Source: Psammoneis japonica
Taxonomy: Eukaryota
Reading direction: 5' to 3'
DNA: 64,000 nt
Assembly: GCA_008632985.1 (NCBI GenBank)
Contig: QPGO01000140.1
Span: 124,001-188,000, forward strand
The position numbers were made by a program, and so were the translations under genes. Position 1 is the first letter of the stretch. Each line of letters starts with the position of its first letter. Of this stretch, positions 23,011 to 33,479 are shown piece by piece. The notes beneath the pieces are model-generated. The model did not search any database. It had not been told where the DNA came from and was given only the letters and a program-made list of their open reading frames with translations.

Positions 23011-26000
23011 TGACAGGATTTGAACAGGATTTGGATGCGCGCGAAGTGTCGCGCGCTGTTCAGTTTACCTCGCACAGTTTTGTGTGCTTTAGTTCCGCGC
23101 GTTCACGCGCGATGTAGTTTGCTTTCGAGCCACAAGGCTCACAAGAATGACAACAGTAGCCCGATTACACCGACTTGCACGTCTTTCGGCTCCTGCAACG
23201 GTCTCTGAGCGGAGACTCATCTGCCATTTAGACAGCAGTGAGGAGTTGTTGTTTGAATTCTTGCCATTTGCCTTCAATTTCTGTCAGATTAACAGTCTTG
23301 CTCATTGTCAACCCATTGAGCAACCGCCATTGTCGTCGTTGATTTACCAACGACGCTATTTCAATTCTACGTGGACCTCCGCACATGTTCTACACACATC
23401 GGCAAGTCTACGCGCATTCAATGCCAAGGCATCGGCAGGAAGTTAACATCACCGTCAAGTCTCCTTGCCGCTGGATGTCTGGATTGATTGTGCTGCCTTC
23501 GATCGCTGAAGACTTACACTCAACGGTCATGTCCAAGTCTGTCCTTGATCAACATCCCTTGACACACCTGTTCCTCGGTCAACGGTCAAGAACCCCACAT
23601 GTTCAAGGATCTTAGTTGCTGAAGACACACGCACATGTGTGTGCATGTCTTCACGGCCAAGAACCTTTATCCACTCTTCGGACTGCGGTTTTGCCACCAC
23701 TCTACAAGCACACCGAGTCCATTGCACCTGATCTACCCCGGACTGCTGGTGCTCTGCAGTTCTGCTAGGTCCACGAGGACGACTGTGAGAGCAAGCAGCC
23801 GTGATTGCAGCCTGCGTTGGGGCGAGGGTGCTTTCCCGCGTTTGTTCGTTCGTCCACAGCGCCTGGCGCCTGCGTCAACTGGCCAGCCTGATCGGGAAAT
23901 CCAACCGACATAAAACAAGAACGGTTCGGGGGGTCTTGTCCACCTCTGGTCAGCTCACCTGCAGGGGTTTACAACCCGCTGCTCCGCTCGCAAGCAACCC
24001 AAAGCGCCACCAGCTGCGGGTTCGGATGTGCCGGCACAACTCTACGGACCGGATGGGAAGTTTAGCACTTGACAACGAACGGGATGACAAAGCCCGGCGA
24101 CTTCTGATTTTAAGACAGTTCAAGATTTCAAGTCAAGTCCATTTCAAGTCAAGTCCATTCTCACCCAAGTTTCGAGTCTGCCTTCGCTTCCCAACCAGAA
24201 TTGATTGCCCTGACACCATTTTTTGTCTACCATGGTTCTCACTCGTCAGCAACAAACTGATGGTTTCGAGCACGTTGTTGGAACCGTGCTTGCCCAAGGT
24301 GCTGGGAGTCCTCTTCGTTTGGCTTTGGCCCAAGACGGCACGGACTCGCATCAGGAACCATTCACGTTCATGCCGTCCCAAATCGACTCGCTTGAGTGCG
24401 ACAACGGCACCAATGTAATCCCTTTGCCCCGTGGTTATAAGAACATGTTAGCAGCACCAGTTAGTCTGTACATTGTCAAAGCACACAAAGGTCTTGACGT
24501 TGCCAACGACTCCTCTTTGTTCACGCATGACGAGTTCCTTGCCTGCCGCCTCAGCCCCGACTGCATGTCTTCTGTGTCCATCGGCAGCTCACCCCTTGCA
24601 CCTCCACATGTCACCAACCCAACCAAGGCACGCGACCCAGTGCGGGACTTCAAGCGAGGCATCAAGCGTGATCCCACCGCTTTCACGGCTCTCAAATCCG
24701 ACAAGCAGTGGCACACTTGGCACACCTCACTTGTGGCACAAGCCCGTGCCCAAGACGTCGAGTGCATTCTAGACTCGTCGTACAAACCGACCAGCCCCGA
24801 AGACAAACTGCTCTTTGCTGAACAGCAAAAGCACATGTTCGCCGTCTTCGAACGCATCCTTCTCACCGACAAGGGCAAGGCTCTCATTCGCGAAAATGTG
24901 GGGTCTTCTGATGCACAGACCGTCTGCCACTCCTTGTCTGAGTGCGCGCTTGCCTCCACCCGCGCATCTGTCGAGTCCTCCACCCTGCTCACGCACCTCA
25001 CCACCGCACGTCTTGGTGATGGCACTTGGAAAGGTCCGACCCACGGGTTCATCCTTCATTGGCAAGATCAGTTGCGCAAGTGCGAGGCACTCATCCCGGC
25101 CAGTGACCACTTCTCTGAAGGACAGAAGCGCGTCATGCTCGAGAATGCCGTGCACCCTGTCGAGGAACTCCGTGCTGTCAAGAACCAAGCTGATCAGCAT
25201 CGTACGCAGAGTGGCAAGAGCCTCACATGCGATCAATGCTGTGGCTTGCTCCTCTCCGCGGCAGCTCAGTACGACAGCACGTTTCAACCCAAGACGACAC
25301 CTCGAGCTCCCCGACGCGCCACACACGCACACGACGTCTACTCCGAGGAACCGTCCGACGATGTGTTCTACGACATTGACAGCGACGTTGACGTCCTTCA
25401 AGCCAATGCTGCCCACACCCGCGGCCCCAGCCTCACCGGTGTCCAATGGAGACGTCTCCCTCCCGACCACCAACGGCTCTGGGATTCGTTGCCCGATTCC
25501 TCCAAGGCGATCATCCTTGAGCATTCTCGTCCGCCTCCCCGCAACCCGCGAGCCAGTGACTGCCATGAGTCTGTTACGGCCAACCTTCACGACCAACGCC
25601 TTGGGAGTGACGGTGATGTCAACTTGTCCAACACGACTCCTGCTGACTCTGGTGACTCCGCTCCACATGTGGACGCCACTTCGGATAATCCCATCCTGGC
25701 GCACCTCACCAAGCGCAAGCCACTGCCACCCGGTGATCTGCAACGTCTGTTGTCTCCTAACCAAGCCCCCAATGCCAGTCGACCGGGGCCATCCGCCGCT
25801 TCCTCTACCCCGCCAGCTTCTGCAGATGACATGGAACTTAACGGCCGCACTTGCCGCCGCGTTGACAACCACAATGTCATTTACTCTGCCTCTGCTCATC
25901 GCTCCACACGCACTGGCGCTCCAGTCGATCGTGGGGCCAACGGCGGCATTGCTGGCGACGACGTTCGCGTCATTGCACGCACCTCTCGCCAAGTCGACGT

Positions 26001-29000
26001 TCAGGGCATTGACGATCATCAATTGGTGGACATCCCCATTGTCACCGCTGGTGCCGTCATTGAGACCCAGCGTGGTCCCGTCATCGCCATCCTCCATCAG
26101 CATGCACACACGGGCAAGGGCAAGACCATCCATTCCTGTGGCCAGCTCGAATGGCACAAACAGGATGTCAATGATCGCTCTGTCAAGGTGCCCAACGGCT
26201 TGCAACGTATTGCCACTCCTGATGGCCATGTCATCCCCATTGACATCAAGGCTGGCCTGCCTCATGTTGCCATGCGACCTTACACTGACGCCGAATGGGA
26301 CACCCTGCCCCATGTCATCCTCACCGGTGATGACACATGGGACCCTTCCATCCTCGATCACTCTGTCACTGACGACGACCAGTGGTGCGACGCGATCTCT
26401 GACCTGCAGGACGATCCCACTGCCAACCCATTTGACGAATGCGGCAACTGCCGTCACCGTGTCGTTGTCAACGAGACCATCTTGTCCGCTTCCTTGTCTG
26501 CCGATCACGCGTCCGCCCTCAATGATCACCTCATTCCGAACGACGACGTGTTCTACGAGTGTCATCTGCATGCGATTGACCCCAAGGGCGATGACGTTCC
26601 ACCTCCGGAGCGCACTGTACAGCCCAAGGACCCCCCCTTCGAGTCTCTTCGGCCTTGCTTTGGCTTCCTACCTGCCGACACGGTCCGTCGTACTTTTGAC
26701 TGCACCACGCAGCACGCCCGCATGCCCGCCGGTACACACCTTCGCAAGGCCTACAAATCACCCAACCCCGCCCTTAATGTGCACCGCTGCAACGAGCCTG
26801 TCGCCACTGACACCGTTTGTGCCGACACCCCGGCCGTCGACTCTGGTTGCACCAGCGCCCAACTGTTTGTTGGCACCGAGTCTACCGTCACTGACGTCTG
26901 TGGCACTGAGACGGACAAAGAGTTTGTCAACACACTCGAGGATCAGATCCGTGAACGTGGTGCCCCATCCAAACTCATCAGCGACCGTGCCCAAGTTGAG
27001 ATCAGCAACAAAGTGCTCGGGATCCCACGCGCCCTCTTCATCTCCAGCTGGCAAAGTGAGCCTCACCAGCAACACCAAAACTTTGCCGAGTGTCGATGCC
27101 AGACCGTGAAGCGCATGGCGAACACTGTCATGGACCGTTTTGGTTCGCCCGCCCACACATGGCTGCTGGCGCTCATGCACGTGTGCTTCATGCTCAACCA
27201 TGCAGTGTCCCCATGTCTCCACTGGCGCACGCCCCTCGAGACTCTCACTGGATCCACCCCGGACATCAGCCCATTGCTTCGCTTTCACTGGTGGGAACCA
27301 GTGTGCTTCCACCTCGATGAATCCGATTGGCCGTCCGAATCCCGTGAGTTGCGTGGACGCTTTGTTGGCATTGCTGAGCACGTTGGCCACCAGATGACCT
27401 TCAAGATTCTATCTGACGAGACTCAGAAGATCCTCCACCGGTCCAACGTTCGCTCCGCCACCCCCAATCCTGCCGTTCGAAACCTGCGTCTTGATCCTCC
27501 TGATGGGGAGCCACCTGAACCCATCATCAAATCTCGCCATGACGACAACCCCGTCGATTCTCCTGATGGGGAGATCAGGACACCCAAGATGCCAGTTTTC
27601 GATCCGCAAGACATCATTGGACGCACCTTCCTCATGCAGCCACAAGAGGACGGACAACGCCACAGAGCTCGCATCGTCAAGGCCGTCGAAGACCACGAAT
27701 GGAAAGTGAACGGCAATCCCGAGCTCACTAAGTTCGTCTGCTCTGTCAACAATGACGAATGCGAGGAAGTCCTTGCCTGCAATGACATCATGAATCACAT
27801 TGAGCAAGAAGACGAAGACACCACCATTTGGAAATTTCGACGCATCGTGTCACACGAAGGACCTCTGAAGCCTCACGACCCAACCTGGAAAGGCTCAAGC
27901 TACAACATCATGCTTGAATGGGAAAGTGGGGAGATCACGTCCGAGCCTCTTGCCATCATCGCCAAGGACGACCCCGTCACCTGTGCCATCTATGCACGAG
28001 AGAACGGACTCCTCGACACGGATGGCTGGAAGCGGTTCCGCACCATCGCGAGGCGCCAAAAGAGGCCATTTCGCATGGCCAACCAAGCCAAGCTTCGCTC
28101 CTTCCGCACTGCACCTCGCTGCAAGTGCGGACACGAAGTTCCCCGGAACTACAAACACGCCATGTCACTGGACGAACGCAACGGCAACCGCAAGTGGGGA
28201 GACGCAACTAATCTCGAGATGGACCAACTCGACGAATACGAAGTCTTCCATGACTGCGGGCCCTTCAAGTCTTCCACTCCTCCTGCGGGACACAAGAAGA
28301 TCCGAGTGCACCTGGTGTGCGGCGTGAAACACGACGGTTGCCACAAGGCACGACTCGCAGCCGACGGGCACCTCACGGACGTACCTGTCGACAGTGTCTG
28401 CTCCAGAGTAGTCTCCCTCCGTGGCCTTCGGCTGATGATTTTCCTGGCCGAACTCAACGAGCTGGAGACATGGGCCACCGACATTGGCAATGCCTGCCTT
28501 GAAGCCACCACCAAGGAGAAGCTTTACATTGTGGCTGGACCCGAATTTGGCAAACTCGAAGGACACATCCTTGTCATCCACAAGGCACTGTATGGACTGC
28601 GCAGCTCCGGTCTCCGCTGGCACGAGCGCTTCGCCGACTGCCTGCGAGCTGAAGGCTTCTTCCCCTGCCGCGCCGAACCCGACATTTGGATGCGCAGGAA
28701 CGGCGACCACTGTGAACACATTGCCGTTTATGTGGATGACCTCGCCATTGCCATGAAGGACCCTCAATCTTTCGTCGACACTCTCACGGAAAAGCACAAG
28801 TTCAAGCTCAAGGGTGCGGGACCCATTGAGTTCCATCTGGGTTGCGACTTTTCCCGGGACCCCGACGGAACCTTGTGCCTGTCTCCGCGCAAGTACATCG
28901 AGCGCATGGTCGACAGCTGCGCCCGACTGTTTGGGGAGAAACCTGCCACCAACGCCCTGTCACCTCTAGAGAAGGGTGACCACCCCAAACTGGACACTTC

Positions 29001-30124
29001 CGAACTGCTGGGACCCGATGGCATTCACAAGTTCCAGTCTCTTGTTGGTTCACTCCAATGGGCAGTGTCCCTTGGTCGAATTGACATTGCCACGGCCGTC
29101 ATGTCACTCTCTAGCTTCCGAGCTGCGCCCCGTCAAGGCCACTTGGATCGTGCCAAACGCGTCTGTGGGTGCCTCTCCAAGATGCGACACGGTGCTCTCC
29201 GCGTTCGCACGGAAGAGCCCGACCATTCGGATCTCCCTGCTCCGGCCTGTGAATGGATGCATTCCGTGCATGGTGAAGCAGAAGAGATGATCCCGAAGGA
29301 CGCTCCACTGCCCCTTGGCAAGTTCGTCACTGCCACCCACTGCGTCGATGCAAACTTGCACCATTGCATGCTCACCGGACGCTCTGTCATGGGAATGCTC
29401 CACTTCCTCAACAAATTCCCGGCTGATTGGTTCTCCAAGAAACAAGCCACCGTGGAGACTGCAACCTGCGGATCTGAATTTGTTGCCGCAAGGAATTGTG
29501 TTGAGCAGATTGTCGACCTGCGCATCACCCTGCGCTGCCTTGGCGTCCCGATCCGTAATGTCAGTTGCATGTTTGGTGACAACAAGTCGGTTGTAGACAG
29601 TGCCACCATCCCGCACTCCAAGTTGCACAAGCGACACACCGCACTGTCGTTCCACCGTGTGCGTGAGGCAATTGCCTCTGGTTGCCTTGAGTTCCACTTC
29701 ATCGAAGGCTCCCGCAACCCTGCTGACATTCTCAGCAAGCATTGGGGTTGCTCCCAAATCTGGGACCTTCTCCGCCCCCTCATGTTCTGGAACTTCATTC
29801 CATCCGAACTCGAATCTGTTTCTGTGGCTCCTCAAGCAAACTGGGGAGTGACAGGATTTGAACAGGATTTGGATGCGCGCGAAGCATCGCGCGCTGTTTA
29901 GTTTACCGCGCACAGTTTTGTGTGCTTTGGTTCCGCGCGTTCACGCGCGATGCAGTTTGCTTTCGAGCCACAAGGCTCACAAGAATGACAACAGCAGCCC
30001 GATTGTGCCGACTTGCACGTCTTTCGGCTCCTGCAACGGTCTCTGAGCGGAGACTCATCTGCCATTTAGACAGCAGCAAGGAGTCATTGTTTGAATTCTT
30101 GCCATTTGCCTTCAATTTCTGTCA
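23011..30124 (+). mobile_element. Full-length Ty1/Copia LTR retrotransposon of diatom CoDi type
   Basis: 276-bp LTRs at 23011-23286 and 29849-30124 (TGACAG...CTGTCA); TTCTG TSD at 23006-23010 and 30125-30129; PPT GGGGAG; single gag-pol ORF. Confidence 0.97.
24232..29901 (+). CDS. Copia gag-pol polyprotein (gag, protease, integrase, RT, RNase H) with many Tyr->Cys/His changes
   Basis: Protease DRGA; integrase D..D..E (ATDTV, SDRAQVE, FAE); RT HKARL, DIGNACL and YVDD; RNase H DAN, SEF, DNKS and ADILSK; domains in Copia order. Confidence 0.95.
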   Translation: MVLTRQQQTDGFEHVVGTVLAQGAGSPLRLALAQDGTDSHQEPFTFMPSQIDSLECDNGTNVIPLPRGYKNMLAAPVSLYIVKAHKGLDVANDSSLFTHDEFLACRLSPDCMSSVSIGSSPLAPPHVTNPTKARDPVRDFKRGIKRDPTAFTALKSDKQWHTWHTSLVAQARAQDVECILDSSYKPTSPEDKLLFAEQQKHMFAVFERILLTDKGKALIRENVGSSDAQTVCHSLSECALASTRASVESSTLLTHLTTARLGDGTWKGPTHGFILHWQDQLRKCEALIPASDHFSEGQKRVMLENAVHPVEELRAVKNQADQHRTQSGKSLTCDQCCGLLLSAAAQYDSTFQPKTTPRAPRRATHAHDVYSEEPSDDVFYDIDSDVDVLQANAAHTRGPSLTGVQWRRLPPDHQRLWDSLPDSSKAIILEHSRPPPRNPRASDCHESVTANLHDQRLGSDGDVNLSNTTPADSGDSAPHVDATSDNPILAHLTKRKPLPPGDLQRLLSPNQAPNASRPGPSAASSTPPASADDMELNGRTCRRVDNHNVIYSASAHRSTRTGAPVDRGANGGIAGDDVRVIARTSRQVDVQGIDDHQLVDIPIVTAGAVIETQRGPVIAILHQHAHTGKGKTIHSCGQLEWHKQDVNDRSVKVPNGLQRIATPDGHVIPIDIKAGLPHVAMRPYTDAEWDTLPHVILTGDDTWDPSILDHSVTDDDQWCDAISDLQDDPTANPFDECGNCRHRVVVNETILSASLSADHASALNDHLIPNDDVFYECHLHAIDPKGDDVPPPERTVQPKDPPFESLRPCFGFLPADTVRRTFDCTTQHARMPAGTHLRKAYKSPNPALNVHRCNEPVATDTVCADTPAVDSGCTSAQLFVGTESTVTDVCGTETDKEFVNTLEDQIRERGAPSKLISDRAQVEISNKVLGIPRALFISSWQSEPHQQHQNFAECRCQTVKRMANTVMDRFGSPAHTWLLALMHVCFMLNHAVSPCLHWRTPLETLTGSTPDISPLLRFHWWEPVCFHLDESDWPSESRELRGRFVGIAEHVGHQMTFKILSDETQKILHRSNVRSATPNPAVRNLRLDPPDGEPPEPIIKSRHDDNPVDSPDGEIRTPKMPVFDPQDIIGRTFLMQPQEDGQRHRARIVKAVEDHEWKVNGNPELTKFVCSVNNDECEEVLACNDIMNHIEQEDEDTTIWKFRRIVSHEGPLKPHDPTWKGSSYNIMLEWESGEITSEPLAIIAKDDPVTCAIYARENGLLDTDGWKRFRTIARRQKRPFRMANQAKLRSFRTAPRCKCGHEVPRNYKHAMSLDERNGNRKWGDATNLEMDQLDEYEVFHDCGPFKSSTPPAGHKKIRVHLVCGVKHDGCHKARLAADGHLTDVPVDSVCSRVVSLRGLRLMIFLAELNELETWATDIGNACLEATTKEKLYIVAGPEFGKLEGHILVIHKALYGLRSSGLRWHERFADCLRAEGFFPCRAEPDIWMRRNGDHCEHIAVYVDDLAIAMKDPQSFVDTLTEKHKFKLKGAGPIEFHLGCDFSRDPDGTLCLSPRKYIERMVDSCARLFGEKPATNALSPLEKGDHPKLDTSELLGPDGIHKFQSLVGSLQWAVSLGRIDIATAVMSLSSFRAAPRQGHLDRAKRVCGCLSKMRHGALRVRTEEPDHSDLPAPACEWMHSVHGEAEEMIPKDAPLPLGKFVTATHCVDANLHHCMLTGRSVMGMLHFLNKFPADWFSKKQATVETATCGSEFVAARNCVEQIVDLRITLRCLGVPIRNVSCMFGDNKSVVDSATIPHSKLHKRHTALSFHRVREAIASGCLEFHFIEGSRNPADILSKHWGCSQIWDLLRPLMFWNFIPSELESVSVAPQANWGVTGFEQDLDAREASRAV

Positions 30125-31627
30125 TTCTGTCAGCTGCACATCAGCGCCACTGTCTTCTGCTGTCCTGTTGTTTTTTGTCCATGTGCTTTTGATTGTTGTT
30201 TGCAATTTCTTGCTTGCATCAACACTGAGACATCAATGCAAGGCTGGCAATCCCAGAGATTGAGCCACAAAGTTCAAACGCCAAGAACAATTTGCAACAC
30301 AGAACATCAAATTCAGGAGGGAAATGCTGCAGTTTGCGACAACACTGCAGTGATGGTCTGAAGAACTGCAGCAGTGTTGCTGGCAAACAACATCTGCCGT
30401 GCCATTGAACGGAGTTGTGTGGTGGCCAAGGTTCATTCCAAGCTGAACAATGTGCCACAATTCATTCTGCCCAAATTGTCCCAGGCAATTGTGCCCAACT
30501 TTGAACTTTAAGAAGCAATTCTTTGGTGCTGTGGTCACCCAGAAGGATGAATTCAAACAACTGCAATGGGTCTGCACAAGAACCAGCATGGAGCTCTGCA
30601 AGAGAGAACACAAGAGGCAGCAGCCAATGGCAACATGGCACTCAAGGTTGGGGGCAACAACAGAAATCACATTTCAATTTGTGAAGCCATCCAGATCTGT
30701 TGTGACACCACTCAATCAAACACATGCAATGGGAGTCATTGCACAGCCGCTCTTTTCACTTGACTCATGGTCAATGTTTGAGTGAGACTGTTCTCAGTTG
30801 AAAGATCCCAGTGTTTAAAATGCGACAATTGCGAATGCTTTCTTGAATGTTCCAATGTTGCTCATGCAACCACACACCTGCTTTGAACAAGAGTCATCCC
30901 CGTTGACCTCACCACGGTCAAAGGAATGAGTGAGACGCCTGCAAAACAGGCCAGATTAAATCAAAATTCTCAAAAAAGCAACACTCAGCTCTCTTGTCAA
31001 GGAGGATGAACAACCATTGGCAGCAGCCCACAGCTCACAAATGGAGATTTCTGTCCATCCATTGGGGGAGTGGTTGCACGCAACTGCTGTGGTTGCTCGC
31101 TGCAGAACTCCCCCCAGCCAGATGGATGAAGGAGAAGCAAGTCAAGCTGTCCACAGTGCTGCTTTGCCTGGATGGTTTGGAGTTGCTGTCTCTGTGAACT
31201 TTTTGCATTTGTCAGTGAAAATTCTGCTCTCAACAAAGTTTTTGCACCAACACTGTTGATGCAAACTTTGGCTTCTGATCTTCATGTGCTGGTTCTTCAC
31301 TCTGGCGCCATTGTTTGACAGCACTTGCTGTGTTGTGATGTCAGAGGAGGTTGAGATGGTGCCCTTCATTGAAGCTCTAATCAAGAGCCCTCGTGTCATG
31401 CATGCCATCCTCAGTGCTCCCAATGGCGGGGCATGAGATGCCTTTGGTCTGGGAGAGTGTTAAAACAACCTTTGTCAAAACTCCATTTGGGGCCCCTCCC
31501 TCCCTCCCTCCATCTCTCCCCTGCGCCAATTCCACCATTTGTTTGAGAGAGAGAGAGAGAGAGAGAGCAGTGCCTGCAGACAAATCATGACAAACTCTTG
31601 ATGTTGCCAAGTTGTCAGAGTGCTTGT

Positions 31628-32017
31628 GACGGGTTCCAGTCCTAGGTGGGACTCCGTGTGACATTGGGCCCGTAGAATTCTACGTGCGAGCTCCGTAGTA
31701 CGAGAATTTAATTAATGGATATATTTATCTTCAACATCAAATAAACTGCCAAGTTTGTGGTACAATTATGCCTCTTGCCACTCGACGTTTTTGCAAATGC
31801 GCCTGCCCTACGCGATTCTTAAGACATTATAGAATCGCGCTGTAACAAAAAATGTCAAAAGTTGTTGGACGGATCGCTCAATAAGTGTACCGTAAAATGA
31901 CACAAAATATCGAAAAAATCACGTAGAAATCTACGTGCGCGACATACGACGTGATTCAAAAAACTATCGATGTCACAGTTCAGTAGTGCGAGGTCCCACC
32001 TAGACCTGGAACGCGTC
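31628..32017. mobile_element. 390-bp MITE-like element
   Basis: Imperfect TIRs of about 25 bp: GACGGGTTCCAGTCCTAGGTGGGAC and (reverse complement) GACGCGTTCCAGGTCTAGGTGGGAC; TTGT on both flanks (31624-31627, 32018-32021); AT-rich, non-coding interior. Confidence 0.75.
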
Positions 32018-33479
32018 TTGTGTGGTCATTCTGTCAGAAAGGTGGATTCGCTCCACACTGGACTTGGCTTCTTTTTGCATTGATTGCTTTTGGCATTGCA
32101 AGACACAACAATCATCTGGTCTGTGTGTTGTGTGTTGTTCTGCTTTTGCGCCAGATGGCAATCCTTCCAAATGAAAAAAGTCAAAAGCTTTCCATGTGGC
32201 AGCCATTTCAGCACAAATGACTCCTTTGGCGGTGCACCGGTGGGCTGGATGAAAGGTGTCCAAATCATCCAAGATGCAAACATCAACCCCAAAATGCTGC
32301 AACAATGCCAAAAGCAGGCTGCCATTGAAGCTGGTCAAGGGAGGTCATGTTGTTGCCTCAAGAGCATCACCCAGAAAAATGTTGCAAAAGGGGGGGTGCA
32401 ACACAGAGACAACACAAGAAAACTTGCAAGTCTGCTCTTGCCAAGCCGCTTCACTTCCCACAAGTGAAGGCTTGCCATGTGACCATGTTGTTGTGTCACT
32501 GGCACTGCAAAACCCCAATTTCAGCTGCTTGCAGCTGAGCGCTGGCTGGCTGTTTGTTTCAACAGCCGCGGCCTTGACTGACCACGTGAACAGGCAACAT
32601 CCTGCGCTCAAAGACACGAGAGTGACATTGACCCAAGGCCGCAGAGACACACTTGATTTGCCAAAAGTTCTCCAGACTTGGCTGGCAACATCCACACCAC
32701 CGGTTTCAACCACACAAGAGTGCAGAAGCAACTTTGACAAAAAATCAGAGACAAGCTGTCAGCGCACTCTTGGAGAACAAAGCCCGCGGCTCATTGTGCA
32801 TTGGGGAAAAAGAAGGAGACAATCAGACCATGTGGGCTGAATGCTCAGGTGACATTGCCAGCTGCACTTCTCAAATGATGAAGCAAAGAGAAGTGCTTGG
32901 TCCTTCTCCGACTTGGAGCACACCCTCCTTCTTCAACAGACGTGTTTCGACACTCCACATGTGGGGTCTGTTGCACTTTTCTTCTTCGCCTGTGACGCCA
33001 TCATCGTTCCCACACCAACCACTGATGATTTCGAAGCGGTGATTTGTGCGCGGATGTGATTTGTGCATGGATGTGAACAGATTTTCGTGAAAACGGCAAG
33101 TTTGAAAACAGGAAATGTGGTGGCAAACATCAACGGCATTTCACTGTCACATTTTGTGATGGCTGGTTGTGCGAACCCCTGACGTCAGCCGAACTCCGAA
33201 CAGAGCGAGCTCCGAACTGCCCACCACGATTTCTTTTCCCTCCATCCAAACACCAAACACACCAGCAGCGAAAATCTCGAAGGTCAACTGTCACATTGAA
33301 CTCTAGAAGTATTAATGCTGTAACCTGTAACATTCAACCTCTTCGGCTCTCTTCAAAAGATTGCCTGCCAGCAACAAAAGAGCAGCTTCAACACTACTTG
33401 CGTCTTCTTCTGCTTTTGTGGCGTCATCAGCTCCAGCACGATCCACTGAAAAGATGCATCTCCGTGTGAGCCAGGATCC

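Larger units (their letters stand above)
19613..30132 (+). mobile_element. Outer non-autonomous Copia-derived LTR element; its 3' LTR is interrupted by the inner Copia
   Basis: 5' LTR 19613-19782; 3' LTR 22819-23010 plus 30130-30132; TG...CA ends; PPT AGGGGAGGG; GCTGC TSD at 19608-19612 and 30133-30137. Confidence 0.9.

Noticed and set aside
24769..27109. 600-764-aa alternative-frame and antisense ORFs in the Copia
   Set aside because: Shadow ORFs caused by codon bias and stop-codon depletion, with no recognisable motifs.
24232..29901. Alternative genetic code (TGY/CAY read as Tyr)
   Set aside because: Neighbouring host genes use Tyr and Cys normally, and repeat copies differ among themselves at these sites.
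1..30124. Classical RIP or CpG deamination as the sole explanation
   Set aside because: RIP would enrich TA and create stops. CpG decay cannot turn Tyr into Cys/His, and LTR CpGs are intact. CpG decay does contribute in older tracts.
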